Shown here one piece after another: positions 63,460 through 64,000 of a stretch of 64,000 nt of DNA; position 1 is the first letter of the stretch; each line of letters opens with the position of its first letter. The stretch lies in the NCBI GenBank assembly GCA_000398025.1, contig ASKX01000003.1, positions 6,143 through 70,142 of the forward strand, in the 5' to 3' direction. The notes below the pieces were generated by a model, which saw only the letters and a program-made list of their open reading frames with translations, did no database searches and was not told the origin of the DNA. The stretch is from Candidatus Paceibacter normanii SCGC AAA255-P19. GTDB lineage: Bacteria > Patescibacteriota > Minisyncoccia > Minisyncoccales > Paceibacteraceae. Both the position numbers and the translations under genes were made by a program.

Positions 63460-64000
63460 TGTGGCAGCATTTTAAACAATTAGATTGGCTTTTAATTACC
63501 GTTGCTTTACTGTTGGTTGGCATCGGGCTTTCATCAATCTATAGTTCCTCCCTTGGCCAGGGGGATTTTTTGAATTTTAAGAAACAGATTATTTTTTTTG
63601 GCATCGCTATTCTTTTAATGCTTCTCTTGAGTTTCTTTGATTGGCGGGCTTTGAGAGAAGATCCTTATTTAATTTTAATTCTCTATTTTCTTTGCTTGGC
63701 GGGTTTAGCTGGACTTTTCTTTTTCGCTCCAGAAATCAGAGGAGTAAAAGGATGGTATAAAGTGGGGCCGATTTACGTGGACCCTATAGAATTTACCAAA
63801 ATTATTTTGATTGTTTTATTGGCTAAATACTTCTCTATGCGCCACATCGAAATGTATCGAGTGAGGCACATTTTACTTTCTGGTTTTTATGTTTTAATAC
63901 CAGCTTCCTTGATTTTTCTTCAGCCAGATTTGGGTTCAGTTTTAATTTTAGCTGCCCTCTGGGTAGGAGTGTTGATTATTTCTGGAATAAAACTTCGTCA
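63459..64000 (+). CDS. FtsW/RodA/SpoVE-family peptidoglycan polymerase (3' end outside window)
   Basis: ATG overlaps the ligA stop (TGATG). The frame is open to the window end. MWQHFKQLDWLLITVALLLVGIGLSSIYSS...LQPDLGS. Confidence 0.75.

Overview
This 64-kb window is gene-dense and low in G+C. It appears to come from a small-genome bacterium. The gene content suggests Patescibacteria/CPR, which is an inference from these traits: two type IV pilus (T4P) loci with many [10 protein letters not shown]-type prepilins, RNase Y, short IF-2 and ValRS, TruD, DUF4446, TrbC/VirB2-like small pilins, large secreted Cys-rich and collagen-like proteins, and few Shine-Dalgarno sites. I call 63 protein genes and 20 tRNA genes in seven clusters. 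I saw no rRNA, CRISPR array, integrase or transposase gene. Housekeeping genes are rny, infB, rbfA, rplS, ftsH, truD, rpsA, gyrA, valS, recG, ligA, gpsA, comF and rodA/ftsW. T4P locus 1 (10.4-21.5 kb) holds a kinase, a receiver, pilB, pilC, a giant pseudopilin, pseudopilins and pilMNO. T4P locus 2 (50.2-61.5 kb) holds pilMNO, pilB, a receiver, pilT, pilC, three pilins, pilD and four minor pilins. The leads I would follow up, in order: (1) A G+C-richer, self-contained divergent two-gene cassette at 31.0-33.8 kb. It pairs an RNase J-like beta-CASP nuclease carrying an N-terminal extension with an unrecognisable 297-aa protein. It is driven by two perfect back-to-back TTGACA-17-TATAAT promoters built on a palindrome. 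(2) A family of about 45-55-nt double-hairpin repeats (called R1 here). Copies fill intergenic and inter-tRNA gaps and also sit in frame inside Hsp20 (tandem), an MBL-fold hydrolase and ComF. (3) A 59-nt MITE-like insert with inverted termini and a 10-bp flanking duplication, in frame at a prepilin cleavage motif. (4) CAATTTY heptamer arrays both between genes and inside pilD and ligA. (5) Four ORF breaks, each explained by one extra base in an A or T run. (6) Unusual tRNAs: Ile-UAU, Arg-GCG, and a Cys tRNA with a non-canonical elbow. All family calls are made by eye from motifs. No database search was possible.
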